Below are positions 27,861 to 39,438 of a stretch of DNA of 64,000 bases, piece after piece. Below the pieces are notes generated by a model. That model made no database searches and was not told the origin of the DNA. It worked only from the letters and a program-made list of their open reading frames with translations. The stretch spans positions 256,001-320,000 of the forward strand of contig CAWDOD010000003.1 of the NCBI GenBank assembly GCA_963803805.1, in the 5' to 3' direction. Source of the DNA: an uncultured cyanobacterium. Lineage in GTDB: Bacteria > Cyanobacteriota > Cyanobacteriia > Cyanobacteriales > CAWCAG01. The translations under genes and the position numbers were made by a program. Position 1 is the first letter of the stretch. Every line of letters begins with the position of its first letter.

Positions 27861-30675
27861 TTATAGTCCATTACCAATGAGAATAAACGGGGCCCAGTAG
27901 TAAGGATGACTCAAGCGATTAAACACTTCTGGCTCCAAACCTTCGCGAATTTTTACGGCCACAACTGGGCCGGTGCTCTGACCCTAAAGCTGTATAATCT
28001 CCAGTAATTAAGGCGAGTTGGGCTTGTCGCAAAGCTTCAGCTTTAGTAATGTCATTCCCTTGCAGTGCTACGTAGAAAGCATTCATCAGTGCTTGAGTAC
28101 CGCCATCATTCACTTGCCAAAGAGAGGCGATCGCAGCCTTAGCTTTAGTATTTTGCATCTGATAGCCCAAGCCCAGGATTTCTTTACCATCCCCCAATAT
28201 ATCTCCTAACCCCGTTTCACAGGCAGAAAGAACAATTAAATCTACATCGGGCAAATTCCAGTTTTTAATGTCTCTCAGGGTGGCGTGAGTACCGTCTCCG
28301 AAGACGATAAAAGATTCTTCAGGTTCACCAACAACAAAAGCAGCATGGGTTGCTAGATGAACAACGGAGTAGCTATTCATGTCGGAAATCGTTTCTTTGT
28401 TGAATTGGTCATCAAGTAGTTTGATAGTTTCAGGAATTAGTTCGGCGAGATTTTCTACCTCAACGCCAGCATAGGGTAAACCCCTAAAGGTATGTTCTTC
28501 CCCCCCTGCTTTGACAGTATGTTGACCTTTAGTAAAAGCAGCAGCAAAGATTTCCAAGTCTGCTTGGGGTTGAGTATTAATTTCAGTAAGACTCAAAGCA
28601 GTGATATTATTGACCCGAAAGTTCTCCGTTAACCACTGCTTACCATCATAGAGTGCTGCTAAGGGAATGTAGCGCAATTGCCCATCGGGGGCATAAAGAA
28701 TAGTTTTCGCCCCTGCTGTAGCTAGGTGTTCTTCTAAAGGTTTAATCAGCCAGTTGTAGAGTTTTCGGGCCGAAACTTTAGGGTTATTGTAAGGAGTTTG
28801 CAAAACTTTGCGGAATTGCAAGATTGCTTGGTTTAGCTCTTCCCGTTTAACCTCAACAGATTTGTGAATAGGAGGCGAATCAGCCGTTATGAGAACTAAC
28901 TCTAAGCGGTTGTCAAGAACAAGGGGATAGATAATTACCGCATCCTGTTGTAGTTGCTCAAGATTGTCTTGTAAGGTTTGGGCGTATTGTTCTAAATCAA
29001 AATCTTCTCCCTCTGTCTTTCGCCGCAATTGGACTATCTGTTTTTGTACTTCTGGACTGTTTAGAAAAGCTTGAAACTCCTTAATAATCTCTTCTTGCAG
29101 TTTCCTTATTTCCCTGATACGCTGTTTTTGAGCATCAGTTCTAATAGAATTTGGTTTAATGCTGTCTAGCTTACTGAGTTCTTTACCCAGTGCAATAGCT
29201 TGATCAAGCTTTTCTTCCGTGCCTTGCCAAATCATCTTCTCACTGGAACGTTCAACTACCCCTTGGGCAGTCTCTTCACTGCCACGTACATTGTAGAGAT
29301 AATCATCAAGTTCTTGGACTTTGAGGAGGTCAAGGACTTGTTGCGCTTCGAGGATGCGGTCTTGTTGCAACAAGAGGTCAGCAAGACGACGATAATCATC
29401 AGCTACAGTGTTTGTGTAGGATTGTCGTTGGGCTTGGGATAGTTTTTGGTTGTCTTTCCTAATTGCTTCTCTAACATTGACAGACTGTTTGTAGAAGACG
29501 ATCGCTAGTTCAGGTTGTTTTTGTTCTTCTAAAAGCAAGGCGATGTTGCTGAGGGTGATTCCTTCTTCAGAACGTTCTCCAAGTTCTTGGGAGATTGCTA
29601 AAGATTGTTGGTAAAACTCAATAGCTTTTTGGTATTCCCCCAGGGAACGATAAACTTCCCCCAAATTGTTAAAAGAACTAGCAATTCCGGAGCGATCGCC
29701 TATATCTTTTTTAATTACCAAAGACTGTTGATGAAATTTCTTTGCTTGCTGATATTCCTTTTGTAAATAGTAAACTTCCCCCAAATTATTCAAAGTCTTA
29801 GCAACTTCTGCTGGTTCATTTATCTTCTGAGAAATGGCTAAAGATTGTTGATAAAATTCTCTAGCTTTCTGATATTGACCTAGAGATTTGTAAGCAATGC
29901 CGAGATTGTTGAGAGAACTAGCAACACCAGAATGATCTTGCTTTTCTTTAAATATTTGAAGAGACTGTTGATAAAGCTCTATCCCTTGTTGATATTGACC
30001 GAGAAGAGAGTGGAGTTCCCCCAAATTATTTAAAGACTTAGCGGTCTGAGTATAATCATCTATTGCTTCAAAAATTGCTAAAGATTGCTGGTAAAACTCA
30101 ATAGCTTTATAGTATTGTCCCAGAGATTTGTAAGCAATACCCAGGTTATTAAAAGAACTAGCAACTCCTAACTGATTGTCTGTTTTCTGAAAGACTGCTA
30201 AAGACTGTTGATAAATTCCTATAGCCTTCTGGTATTCACTTTGAAGGGAGTAAAGTCCCCCCAGATTATGGAGAATATAAGTCTGTTCAGTAGTATCATT
30301 TGTTTCTTGAGAGATCCCTAAAGACTCCTCAAAAGATGCGATCGCTTTTTGGTATTCCCCCAAAGATGCGTAACCAATGCCCAAGTTATTCAAAGACTTA
30401 ATAATCCCTACCGAATCATCTATTTGTCGATAAATAGCTAAAGACTTTTGCCAAGACTCTATGGCTGCTTGAAATTGACTGGTTTTATACTCTTCTATTC
30501 CTCGTTCTCGTAGTAAATCAGCTTCCTGTTTCTGTTGGTTGGAAGTTTGAGCGATCGCCCTTGGGCTTAACTTCGTTATCGCGGGCAACAAAGATACAGG
30601 CAAATAATTTGCGGTGACTACACCAGTAGCTGCCAATATGGTTAGGATGCCGAGGAGTTTCCTTCGTAGGTGCAT
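27861..30675 (-). CDS. signal peptide-TPR-CHAT caspase-like protease, frameshifted near the 3' end
   Basis: TPR repeats (SLNNLG..Y..LG.YQKA), VHLATHA, LSACETG. The conserved tail LSHPYYWAPFILIGNGL* (stop 27861-27863) is in a different frame from the ORF ending at 27919. Confidence 0.88.
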
Positions 30676-30892
30676 GATTTACTCTGTATAGTAGTCTTAT
30701 ATATCAATAATTATCCCGATGAGCAAATAATTTCCGCAAAATCGTTCGGGTATTTTGAAGATCGTAGTAGAGATTCATATCCGTAGCGGAGTAAATTTCA
30801 TCTTCATTCCAAGTTGAAAAAAATGAAAGGTGTTCAATTACTTATGTTGATTTGCGATCGCACTCATATATTCAACCTCAAAAAACCATATC

Positions 30893-30958
30893 GTAGGGGC
30901 GACCCCTCATGTGAGTTATTAATCAGTATCTTGGTTCATCTTAACGGGTTGCCCCTAT
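30893..30958. repeat. GTAG REP-like element, family A
   Basis: GTAGGGGCGACCC...GGGTTGCCCCTA. Confidence 0.65.
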
Positions 30959-31071
30959 AGCGGGAATGGCGATCGCAACTTTGCTAAATTTTGTAAATAA
31001 TTATCTCGACGAGGGGATAATTGAGACAAATACGTTTATAAATAGTAATTCCAGTAGCACAACATCTCAAA

Positions 31072-31130
31072 GTAGGGTGGGCAAATATCACCATTTTTTT
31101 GATTCAACTCTCCTAAAACATTTGCCCACC
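31072..31130 (+). repeat. GTAG REP-like element, family B
   Basis: GTAGGGTGGGCAAAT...ATTTGCCCACC. Confidence 0.7.
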
Positions 31131-31346
31131 GTCAGTCACAACTTCCCCAATTAATTATCCGTTGTCCAAGACGGTATTAATTGAGGTGCGTGGGCGGAAG
31201 CCGACGTAGGCATCCCTTAATCATCAAGAGATATTAAAATCAGCAGAAATTTTCTCAAGATAACGAGAAATTTTACTGCTAGTTCCATCATGACCTAAAT
31301 ATTCTACCAACTAAGTATACTTGTTAACTAATCTTTCTCAATAGCT

Positions 31347-34300
31347 ATGAAACGTGCATCTCAAACATTCTGGTTAGCTTTAGGCTTAACCAGTACCATC
31401 TTCCCTTTCCCTATCAACGCCCAAATAACCCCTGACAATACCCTGGGCGGGGAAAGTTCTGTTGTTACCCCCGTGAATCCTCAACTTCAACGCCTCGATG
31501 GTGGGGCTTTACGGGGAATAAACCTCTTTCATAGTTTCTTAGAATTTAACATCTCAGAAGGTCACAGCGCTTACTTTGCTAACCCGGCGATAGTAGAGAA
31601 TATTTTTAGTCGCGTAACAGGGAATAATCCTTCCCATTTATTCGGCACATTAGGAGTATTAGGAGATGCCAACTTATTCTTCCTCAACCCTAACGGCATA
31701 GTCTTTGGCCCTAATGCCAAATTGGATTTAGAAGGTGCATTTGTCGCTAGCACCGCTGAGGGTTTCATCTTTCCTGGGGGGGACGTTTTCAGTGCCACCA
31801 ATCCCAATGCAGCCCCATTATTAACTGTGAGTGCTATTGCTCCAGTTGGTTTGCAGTTTGAAGGAAGTGGGGGCGCAATTATTAACGCAGGTAACTTAGC
31901 AGTTGAGCCAGGGCAGGGTTTAAGTTTAGTAGGAGGGACAGTAGTTAACCAAGGGAACTTGGTAGCACCGGGAGGAAAAGTCAGTTTGGTAGCAATGCCG
32001 GAGGGGAGATTAGTTGAGTTAGGCAACCAAGGGGAGGTTGTAGGTTGGCAGTTAACTCCTGCCAACCCAGGAAATAGCCCTTTGTCCGTAGCAGAGTTAG
32101 GGGTTGGGGCTGGTTTGGGAGATTTAGGTATTCCCGGTGATGTGGAGTTAGGAACTGCGGTTGTTTCTGGTAGTGTGGATGTTGTTAATCAACAAGGAGT
32201 TGGGGGCAATGTTCAAGTTTTAGGGGAAGTTGTAGAACTTCTTGGGGCAAAGATTGATGCTTCTGGGGTGAATGGTGGCGGCAGCGTATTAGTTGGTGGA
32301 GATTATCAAGGTAAAGGGGATATGCCGAATGCTTTGCAGACTTATGTGAATCGGGATTCGGTGATTACAGCAGATGGGCAGGGAGATAGCGAAGGTGGCA
32401 AAGTAATTGTTTGGGCTGATGACACCACAAACTTTTATGGTAATGTCTCTGCCCGTGGTGCAGGCATTAGTGACGGTGGTTTTGTAGAGATATCGGGGAA
32501 GGAAACCCTGTTGTTTCAGGGAGGTGTAGATACTAGTTCTGACTTTGGCAATATGGGGACTTTGCTTTTAGATCCAGAGAATATTACCATCGAAAACGGC
32601 AACGGTAGTGGCGCTCCTCAAACCATCTCCGAAAGAGAATTAGAAGCACAGGCGAAAATTAATAATGTTGTTGTGCAGGTCGACAATACCATTACTGTCA
32701 ACAACCTCTTTGATAACGAACTAGATTTATCCGGAGGTTCAGGAACAGTAGTTTTTACTGCCGATGCAGATGGTGATGGGGTAGGTGACTTTGTGATGGA
32801 GGATATTGCAGATGCAATCTTAGCTGCGGGGAAAGATATAACTATTTCTGGGGTTAATATAACTACTGGTGATATTGAGACTGATTCCAATGCTTTCTTG
32901 TTCTTCGATGCAGAAGATGCAGGAGATATTAAGTTGGAAGCAACTGGGAATATTTCAACTGGTGATGTTAATGCTCGCTCGATATCTAGTGGATTTGGAG
33001 ATACAGATTATGGAGGAGCAATCACCCTCAAGGCTGGGGGCGATATTTCCAGTGGTGAGGTTAACTCTGCCTCTACTGCTGCCTTTGGAGGTTCTAAAGA
33101 TTCGGGAGTTGTTACTCTTGAAGCCGGGGGAAATATTTTGACCGATCAAGTGTTTTCCGCCTCTGGTTCCTTTGGAAGTAAAAATGTGGGAAATGGAAAC
33201 TTAATTACTATAAGAGCCGGAGGGGATATTACTGTCAGTGCTGGGGTTGCTTCAGGCTCTCTTAGTAGTGGAGATGGAAATGCAGGAGATGGAAGAGCTA
33301 TTACCTTAAAGGCTGGAGGCAATGTTTCCATTGACTATTTCCTTTCTGCTTCTTTTGCCAACGGAGATGGAAACACTGGAGATGGAGGGGCGATTAATGT
33401 TGAATCTGGCAGTAATATCTCTACTGGTGGGGTTAATTCCTCCTCCCTTGGCAGTGGAGATGGAAACACTGGAGATGGAGGAGCGATTAGCTTCAAAGCT
33501 GACGGTGATATTTCTACTGGTGAAGTTAGCTCTTCCTCTTTTTCTTTTGGAGATGGGGATACGAGGGATGGGGGAGACATCACCCTTCAAGCTAATGGTG
33601 ACATTTCTACTGGCCTTCTCAGTTCTGCCTCTTTTTCTCAGAGAGGTGGAAATACAGGAAACGCAGGTGCTATCAACTTGCAAGCTGGACACAATATCTC
33701 TACTGGTGATTCTCTCAGTGCTTTCTCCACTACTTTTGGTTTTGGAAGTGGAAATACCCAAGAGGGCGGAGCGATTACCCTAAAAGCTGGCAATAATATC
33801 TCCACTGGTACTATCGATTCTAGCTCTTTTTCCTATGGAAATACAGGAAATGCAGGTGCTGTCAACTTGCAAGCTGGAAATGATATCTCAACTGGTACTT
33901 TTATCAACTCTTCCTCTTATTCCTTTGGAGTTGGAAAAGTGAGAGATGGAGGAGCTATTAGTTTGAAAGCTGGTGGCAATATATCTGCTCCAGGCACTAT
34001 TCTTTCTACCTCTCTTTCTCTTGGAAGTAGAGATTCACAAAGGGGAGGGGATATAAATCTTGATAGCAAAGGAGAGATAACCTTTCTAGATCCTGTAGCT
34101 ACAGGGTCTACTTCAGCAAGTATTATTGGCTCTAATCAGGTCTGGAGCTATGGTAAAACTGGAGGAGATATAAGGATTACTAGTGCAGTCGGCACTCTAC
34201 AACTCAACAGTTCCTCAATTAATAGTGAAGGATTCGTATCGGGAGGAGCCATTGAAATTACCGCTCCTAAAATAACTATTAACAACTCTGAAATCAAAAG

Positions 34301-36946
34301 TGCTATCTTGACTGACGGAGTGGTAGGAAATATATCTATAAATTCCCAAGAGCAGATTATTCTGAATAGAAGTCGTATTTCTGCTATCCTAGAACCCAGT
34401 AGCAAAGGTCGAGCAGGTAGTGTTAGCTTAACTGCACCAATCCTGAGTTTAAGTGATGTATCTCTCATTGAAACTACAAGCTTTGGTGAAGGTAATGCAG
34501 GTAATGTAGAGATTATGGTAGACAATCTCTTCTTAGACCGCAGCAACATTCAAAGTATTACTGCTGGGGTAGGGAATGCAGGAAAGGTAGATATTACTGC
34601 CAACCAAGCTGTCCAATTAACTAACCAGAGTAACATTAGTACTATTGCTAACTCTCGCTCTCAAGGACAGGGGAACAACATTACTATCAACTCTCCCCAA
34701 CTTTCTTTAACGGGGGGTTCCCAGTTGCAAGCCTTAACGAAAAGTCAAGGGGATGCAGGCAATATTTTGCTGAATATTCGAGATAGATTGACTATTTCTG
34801 GTGTTGGTGCAGAAGGTTTCCTTAGCGGTGTCTTTACCTCCTCTGGAGATGAACAAAATAGCAACGCAGGTAAGGGAGGAGACATCACCATCAACAACTC
34901 CGGCACTGTCACCCTCAGTGATGGAGGAGTTTTAAGCGCCCAGACTTTTAGTAACTCCCCAGGAGGCGACATTAAAGTCAACGCCAACCGACTCAACCTA
35001 CAAAGTGGAGGACAAATCTTGACCAGTACCATTGGTGGAGGTAAAGCAGGGGAAGTTATTGTCAACGCCAGAGAAAGTGTCAATATCAACGGCAATGATC
35101 CTAACTTTGCCAATCGTCCCCAAGGACCTAAACCTCTAAGACAAGGAGTACAAGCTACTCCTTTCAACCTCTCTAAATTAGTTACCGAAACAGAACCCAA
35201 CAATAGTGCCGCAGAAGCTTTGTTTCTCAGTGACAATCTCTTTTCCGTAGACACTGTTAATAAGCCTAACCCTAATGTAGAACTTACTAACCGGATTCCC
35301 TATGTTTCTATTCAAGACAAAGGGGACAATAGCAATACCTCAGACTATTACGCCTTTGAGGTTAAAGCAGGAACGAGGGGGATTTTTGATATTGATAATG
35401 TCTTAGATAGCCAAGGTAAACCTATAGCAGATAGTTCTAATGTCAAAACTATAGAGCTTTTGCAAGTTCAAGATGGACAGTTGAAAGTAATAGGAGGAAA
35501 TGATGCCAGCCTGTCATTTCAAGGTGCAGGAGGAAGTAACCAAGCTTCTGACCCCTATTTTGACTTCACTTTCACTGAAAGTGGCACTGTCTACCTCAGA
35601 GTCACTAAGTCTGCCAACGCTCTTCCCAATCAAAGTAACTACACCCTCAACATCTCCCTAGAAACCCCCAATGTAACAGGTAGCAGCATTACCACTGGCG
35701 GGGCAGCTAGCGGTATCTTTGCCCAAACTAGTCCCGGTACAACAGGGGGTGCAGGGACAATCAACCTCAACACTCCCCAATTAAATGTTGCTGCTGGGGG
35801 CAGGGTTTCTGCCCTTACTCAAGGTAGAGGAGATGCCGGGGCAATCAAACTACAACCCATTGCCAACGGCAACGACTTCCAACTCAACCTTAGTGGTGGG
35901 CAGAAGTTTCTACCTCCACTTCTAGGGATGGTAGGGGAGGCAGTATTGCTTTCAATGCCCCTGGCAAGGTTACTATTCAAGGTGATGGTATCCTTTCTAC
36001 CCAAACTACTAGCACTGCCCCCAATGCAGGTAAGGCTGGAGATATTAGTGCTGTAGCTGGGGGCTTTTCCCTAACTAATGGTGCAAGGTTAACCTCTAGT
36101 ACCTCTGGTACTGCGGCTGCTGGAAATATTAATTTTCAGGTTCGCGATGACCTAACCATTGCTGGAGAGAACACCGGTTTATTCGCCAACACCTCCGCCA
36201 ACTCCTCTGGTAACTCCGGTAGCGTCTTTATCAACTCTGGAACTACAGCTATCCGAGATGGAGGGCAAGTTGCTGTTAATAGTCAAGGGGATGGTGTCGG
36301 AGGTAATATTAGCGTTTCCACCAATGATTTGACCCTCTTCAACCGAGGTACAATCAATGCAGCTACAGCCAAAACTAGCGGTGGTAACATTAGCCTCAAT
36401 GTTCCCGGACTCATCCTGATGCGCAACAACAGCCTCATCAGTGCGGCTGCGGGGGGTGCTGGCAGTGGGGGTAACATTACCCTTAACGTCGGTTTCATCG
36501 TTGCTATTCCCAAAGAAAACAGTGATGTAGTTGCCCGTGCTTCCCAAGGCAAAGGTGGTCAAATTATTATTAATGCCACTGGTGTTTATGGCTTTGTCGG
36601 GGATAGTCGCTTTTTGACTCCCTTTTCTGATTTAAACGCTTCTTCTGATGTGGTAGGTAATGAAGGAAGTGTAGCCATTGATGTAGATTTTGATGTTACC
36701 CAAGGGCTAAATAGCCTACCGGATGACAGGGTGGACACAGAGGTTAATGATAGTTGTGAGGCTATAGAAAAAGATGCTACTGTCGCCTTTTTTGATATTG
36801 GTAAGGGGGGAACATTAGCTAATCCCGATGAACCTTTAGATGCTGATAGTTGGGAATGGCTTAGTTTAGCAGAAGAGGAAGTTTCAGAAGAAAACAAGGA
36901 GGAATTTTTAGCTAGAGTTGAGGTTGAAAAACCTTGCGTTTTTTAG
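31347..36946 (+). CDS. filamentous haemagglutinin-like TpsA exoprotein (~1866 aa if one G is restored at 35898-35900)
   Basis: AQITPDNTLG, NLFHSF.EFN, NIFSRVTG, LFFLNPNGIVFG (TPS domain) and G-rich beta-helix repeats. The shifted frame from 35900 reads open into ORF 36329-36946. Confidence 0.9.
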
Positions 36947-37001
36947 ATAATAAGTACTTGATTTTTACGATGTTATTTGTTTTGATAATGGTTTTCTCCA
37001 G

Positions 37002-37391
37002 TTACCTATTACCCATTGCCCAGGAACCTAAATCACCCTTTTGCTTTTGCCCAGAAGAAGGAATTCCATAATCAGTTAATGGTCTAACTTCAGGAGGTTG
37101 AAGTCCCAAGACGATAGACTGGGGAGGAACACCTGCTGCTACTAATTCTTCGGCAATAAGTTGGTCGGTATTGTTAGCTTGAATCCAAATCTGGTTATTA
37201 ATAATATCAATATGGATAATACAATAATGAATGCGTTGTTGTTGATGCCAACCTAGAGAAAGTAGCATATAGTGGTCTTGAACTAAATCAAAAATTGTTT
37301 GATTCTTTACTTGACTATCAAATGTAGGAAGTTGGGCATATTCAGTAAGTAGTTGTTTGACAATTTCTCGATAATTATTTATGGAAGCCAT
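37002..37391 (-). CDS. xisI: XisI family protein
   Basis: DHYMLLSLGW, HIDIINNQIWIQANNTD, AEELVAAGVP..IVLG. Confidence 0.9.
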   Translation of the reverse strand: MASINNYREIVKQLLTEYAQLPTFDSQVKNQTIFDLVQDHYMLLSLGWHQQQRIHYCIIHIDIINNQIWIQANNTDQLIAEELVAAGVPPQSIVLGLQPPEVRPLTDYGIPSSGQKQKGDLGSWAMGNR

Positions 37392-37629
37392 TGTAGAATT
37401 TTCTCCTTTTCAGAATTGTAAACAATAAGTTTAAGACGTTAAGAAAACTCTTTACTTCAACGGCTATTTTAAGATTCTGTTTCTCAGCAGCTAATAACTG
37501 TTCTGCTCCCAAATCAATATAAATGTTTCTTTTGGCCCAACTTAAAGGATAAGGAGCGTGAGTAATAGTCCAGTTAGCTTTGATAAGTGCTTGTTTAACA
37601 ACTTGATGATAAATGTCTTTAGCTGGCAT
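37379..37629 (-). pseudogene. xisH: XisH with internal deletion
   Basis: N-terminus MPAKDIYH..IDLGAE..IAVEVKSF joins out of frame to the XisH-like C-terminus RLKLIVYNSEKEKILQWLP*; the middle part is missing. Confidence 0.85.
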
Positions 37630-37685
37630 AAAAATCTTTAATATAAACCCTTAAATTTTTTTAACAAACTTTTTTTCATAAACTT

Positions 37686-39404
37686 ATGGTACTGCATCTA
37701 CTACTTCCTACCCTAGCTCAAATCCCTCCAGATATTCCTCCACAGGATGTCCTTCCCCCTTCACAACAACCTTCCCCTATTCCTGAACAACCAGAAACAC
37801 CTCCTGCACCAGAGGAAGTGCTTCCTGATCCCGCTACACCAATTCCCCCTGAAATACTACCAGATACTCAAGAAACAATTACAGTTACTGAGTTTGAGTT
37901 TGTTGATAATACAATTTTTTCTTCCGAACAGTTAGCTAGGGAAATTACTAATAAATATCTTAATCAAACTCTGTCTTTACAACAACTCCTCAACGTTGCT
38001 GCTGAAGTTGCCCAGTTTTATGCTGCTGCTGGTTACAGTACTTCTGGGGCAGTGATTTCTTTGCCAGAAATTACTCGGCAACAGGGAAAGGGGATTGTGA
38101 GAATTATTGTCATTGAAAGTAGGTTAGAAGCAATTAATCTGGTTCCGGTGGGGAAACAACGCCTTAATCCTAATTACGTGCGATCGCGCCTAGAAGTGGA
38201 ACCAGGAGACATTCTCAATGTCAGCAAATTACAAGAGCAACTGCAATTACTACAACTCAATCCTTTAATTACTAGGGTTGCAGCCCAATTAAGTGAAGGT
38301 TCACAACCGGGGCTAAATCAGTTAGAACTTCAGGTGGTAGAAGCGCCTTCTTTTCGTTTGCCTTTGAGCATTAACAATGGCCGTTCACCCAGTGTCGGGA
38401 GTTTCCAGCGTCAGATTACGGCGAGGGAAGGTAATTTACTGGGGTTGGGAGATGCTCTCAGTGTCGGTTATGGTAATAGCGACGGTAGCAATCTTTGGAA
38501 TCTCAGCTACACTCTGCCGGTGAATCCTAATAATGGCACACTGGGTTTTGACTACAGCTATACAACCAGTGATGTGATTGAACCGCCCTTTGAAGCAGTG
38601 AATATTGAGTCTGAGTCCCAAACATACAACTTAACCTTTCGACAGCCTGTAGTGCAAAGCATTCGTCAACAGCAGTTTCAGGAGTTGGCTTTAGGAGCAA
38701 CTGCTTCTTGGCGCAATAGTCAATCTTTTCTGTTTGATTTTCCTTTTCCTCTCTCTCCCGGAGCAGATGACAATGGTGAAACCCGCATTTTTGCCCTACG
38801 CTTGTTCCAGGAGTGGACACAACAGGATGCCCGTCAGGTGCTGGCTTTTCGCTCGGAGTTTAGTTTGGGTTTGGATGCTTTTAATTCTACTGTGAACGAG
38901 ACTCCAGCAGGTTCAGAAGCGATTCCCGATAGTCGTTTCTTTTCCTGGCGTGGGCAGGGGCAGTGGATCAGGTTGTTGGGGGAAGATACTTTGTTTCTGG
39001 TACGGGGCAATTTGCAACTGGCAAACAAAACTTTATTATCGGCAGAAGAGTTTGCTTTAGGAGGTTTTGGCAGCGTGCGGGGTTATCGCCAGAATGTACT
39101 TTCTACAGACAACGGCTTTTTTGCTTCTGCTGAACTTCAGTTACCGATTCTCAGGGTTCCGGAAGAAGGGGTTTTGCAAATTATTCCCTTCTTAGATTAT
39201 GGCGTAGGCTGGAACAGTTCGGATATTGCTAACCCAGTTCCGCAAACCCTAGTTGGTGCTGGTTTGGGTTTACAATGGCAAGATAGAGCAGGAATTTTTA
39301 ACGCCCGTTTTGATTGGGGTATTCCTTTAGTTAGTGTGGATAATAGGGAGAGAACTTGGCAGGAGAATGGGCTTTATTTTTCGGTGCAATGGAGGGGGTT
39401 TTAA
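37686..39404 (+). CDS. ShlB/FhaC/HecB family TpsB outer-membrane transporter
   Basis: POTRA domains, NNGRSPSVG, NLLGLGD, GGFGSVRGYRQ, terminal F. Confidence 0.93.
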   Translation: MVLHLLLPTLAQIPPDIPPQDVLPPSQQPSPIPEQPETPPAPEEVLPDPATPIPPEILPDTQETITVTEFEFVDNTIFSSEQLAREITNKYLNQTLSLQQLLNVAAEVAQFYAAAGYSTSGAVISLPEITRQQGKGIVRIIVIESRLEAINLVPVGKQRLNPNYVRSRLEVEPGDILNVSKLQEQLQLLQLNPLITRVAAQLSEGSQPGLNQLELQVVEAPSFRLPLSINNGRSPSVGSFQRQITAREGNLLGLGDALSVGYGNSDGSNLWNLSYTLPVNPNNGTLGFDYSYTTSDVIEPPFEAVNIESESQTYNLTFRQPVVQSIRQQQFQELALGATASWRNSQSFLFDFPFPLSPGADDNGETRIFALRLFQEWTQQDARQVLAFRSEFSLGLDAFNSTVNETPAGSEAIPDSRFFSWRGQGQWIRLLGEDTLFLVRGNLQLANKTLLSAEEFALGGFGSVRGYRQNVLSTDNGFFASAELQLPILRVPEEGVLQIIPFLDYGVGWNSSDIANPVPQTLVGAGLGLQWQDRAGIFNARFDWGIPLVSVDNRERTWQENGLYFSVQWRGF

Positions 39405-39433
39405 GTAATAAGTAATAAGTAATAAGTAATAAG
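39402..39433 (+). repeat. heptamer tandem repeat (TAAGTAA)n, STRR-like
   Basis: About 4.5 copies; the same unit recurs at 42208-42239 and reversed near 49286, 53928, 58095 and 59096. Confidence 0.8.
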
Positions 39434-39438
39434 TTTTT

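Noticed and set aside
30966-31154. 62-aa ORF upstream of tpsA
   Set aside because: It overlaps HIP1 and a REP-like element and is probably spurious
31571-36897. Many minus-strand ORFs inside tpsA, and similar ones inside yvcK and the CHAT genes
   Set aside because: Antisense shadows of biased codon usage
31000-38170. HIP1 depletion as a sign of horizontal transfer
   Set aside because: Gaps of similar size occur elsewhere (about 12.8-18.2 kb), so it is not convincing without statistics
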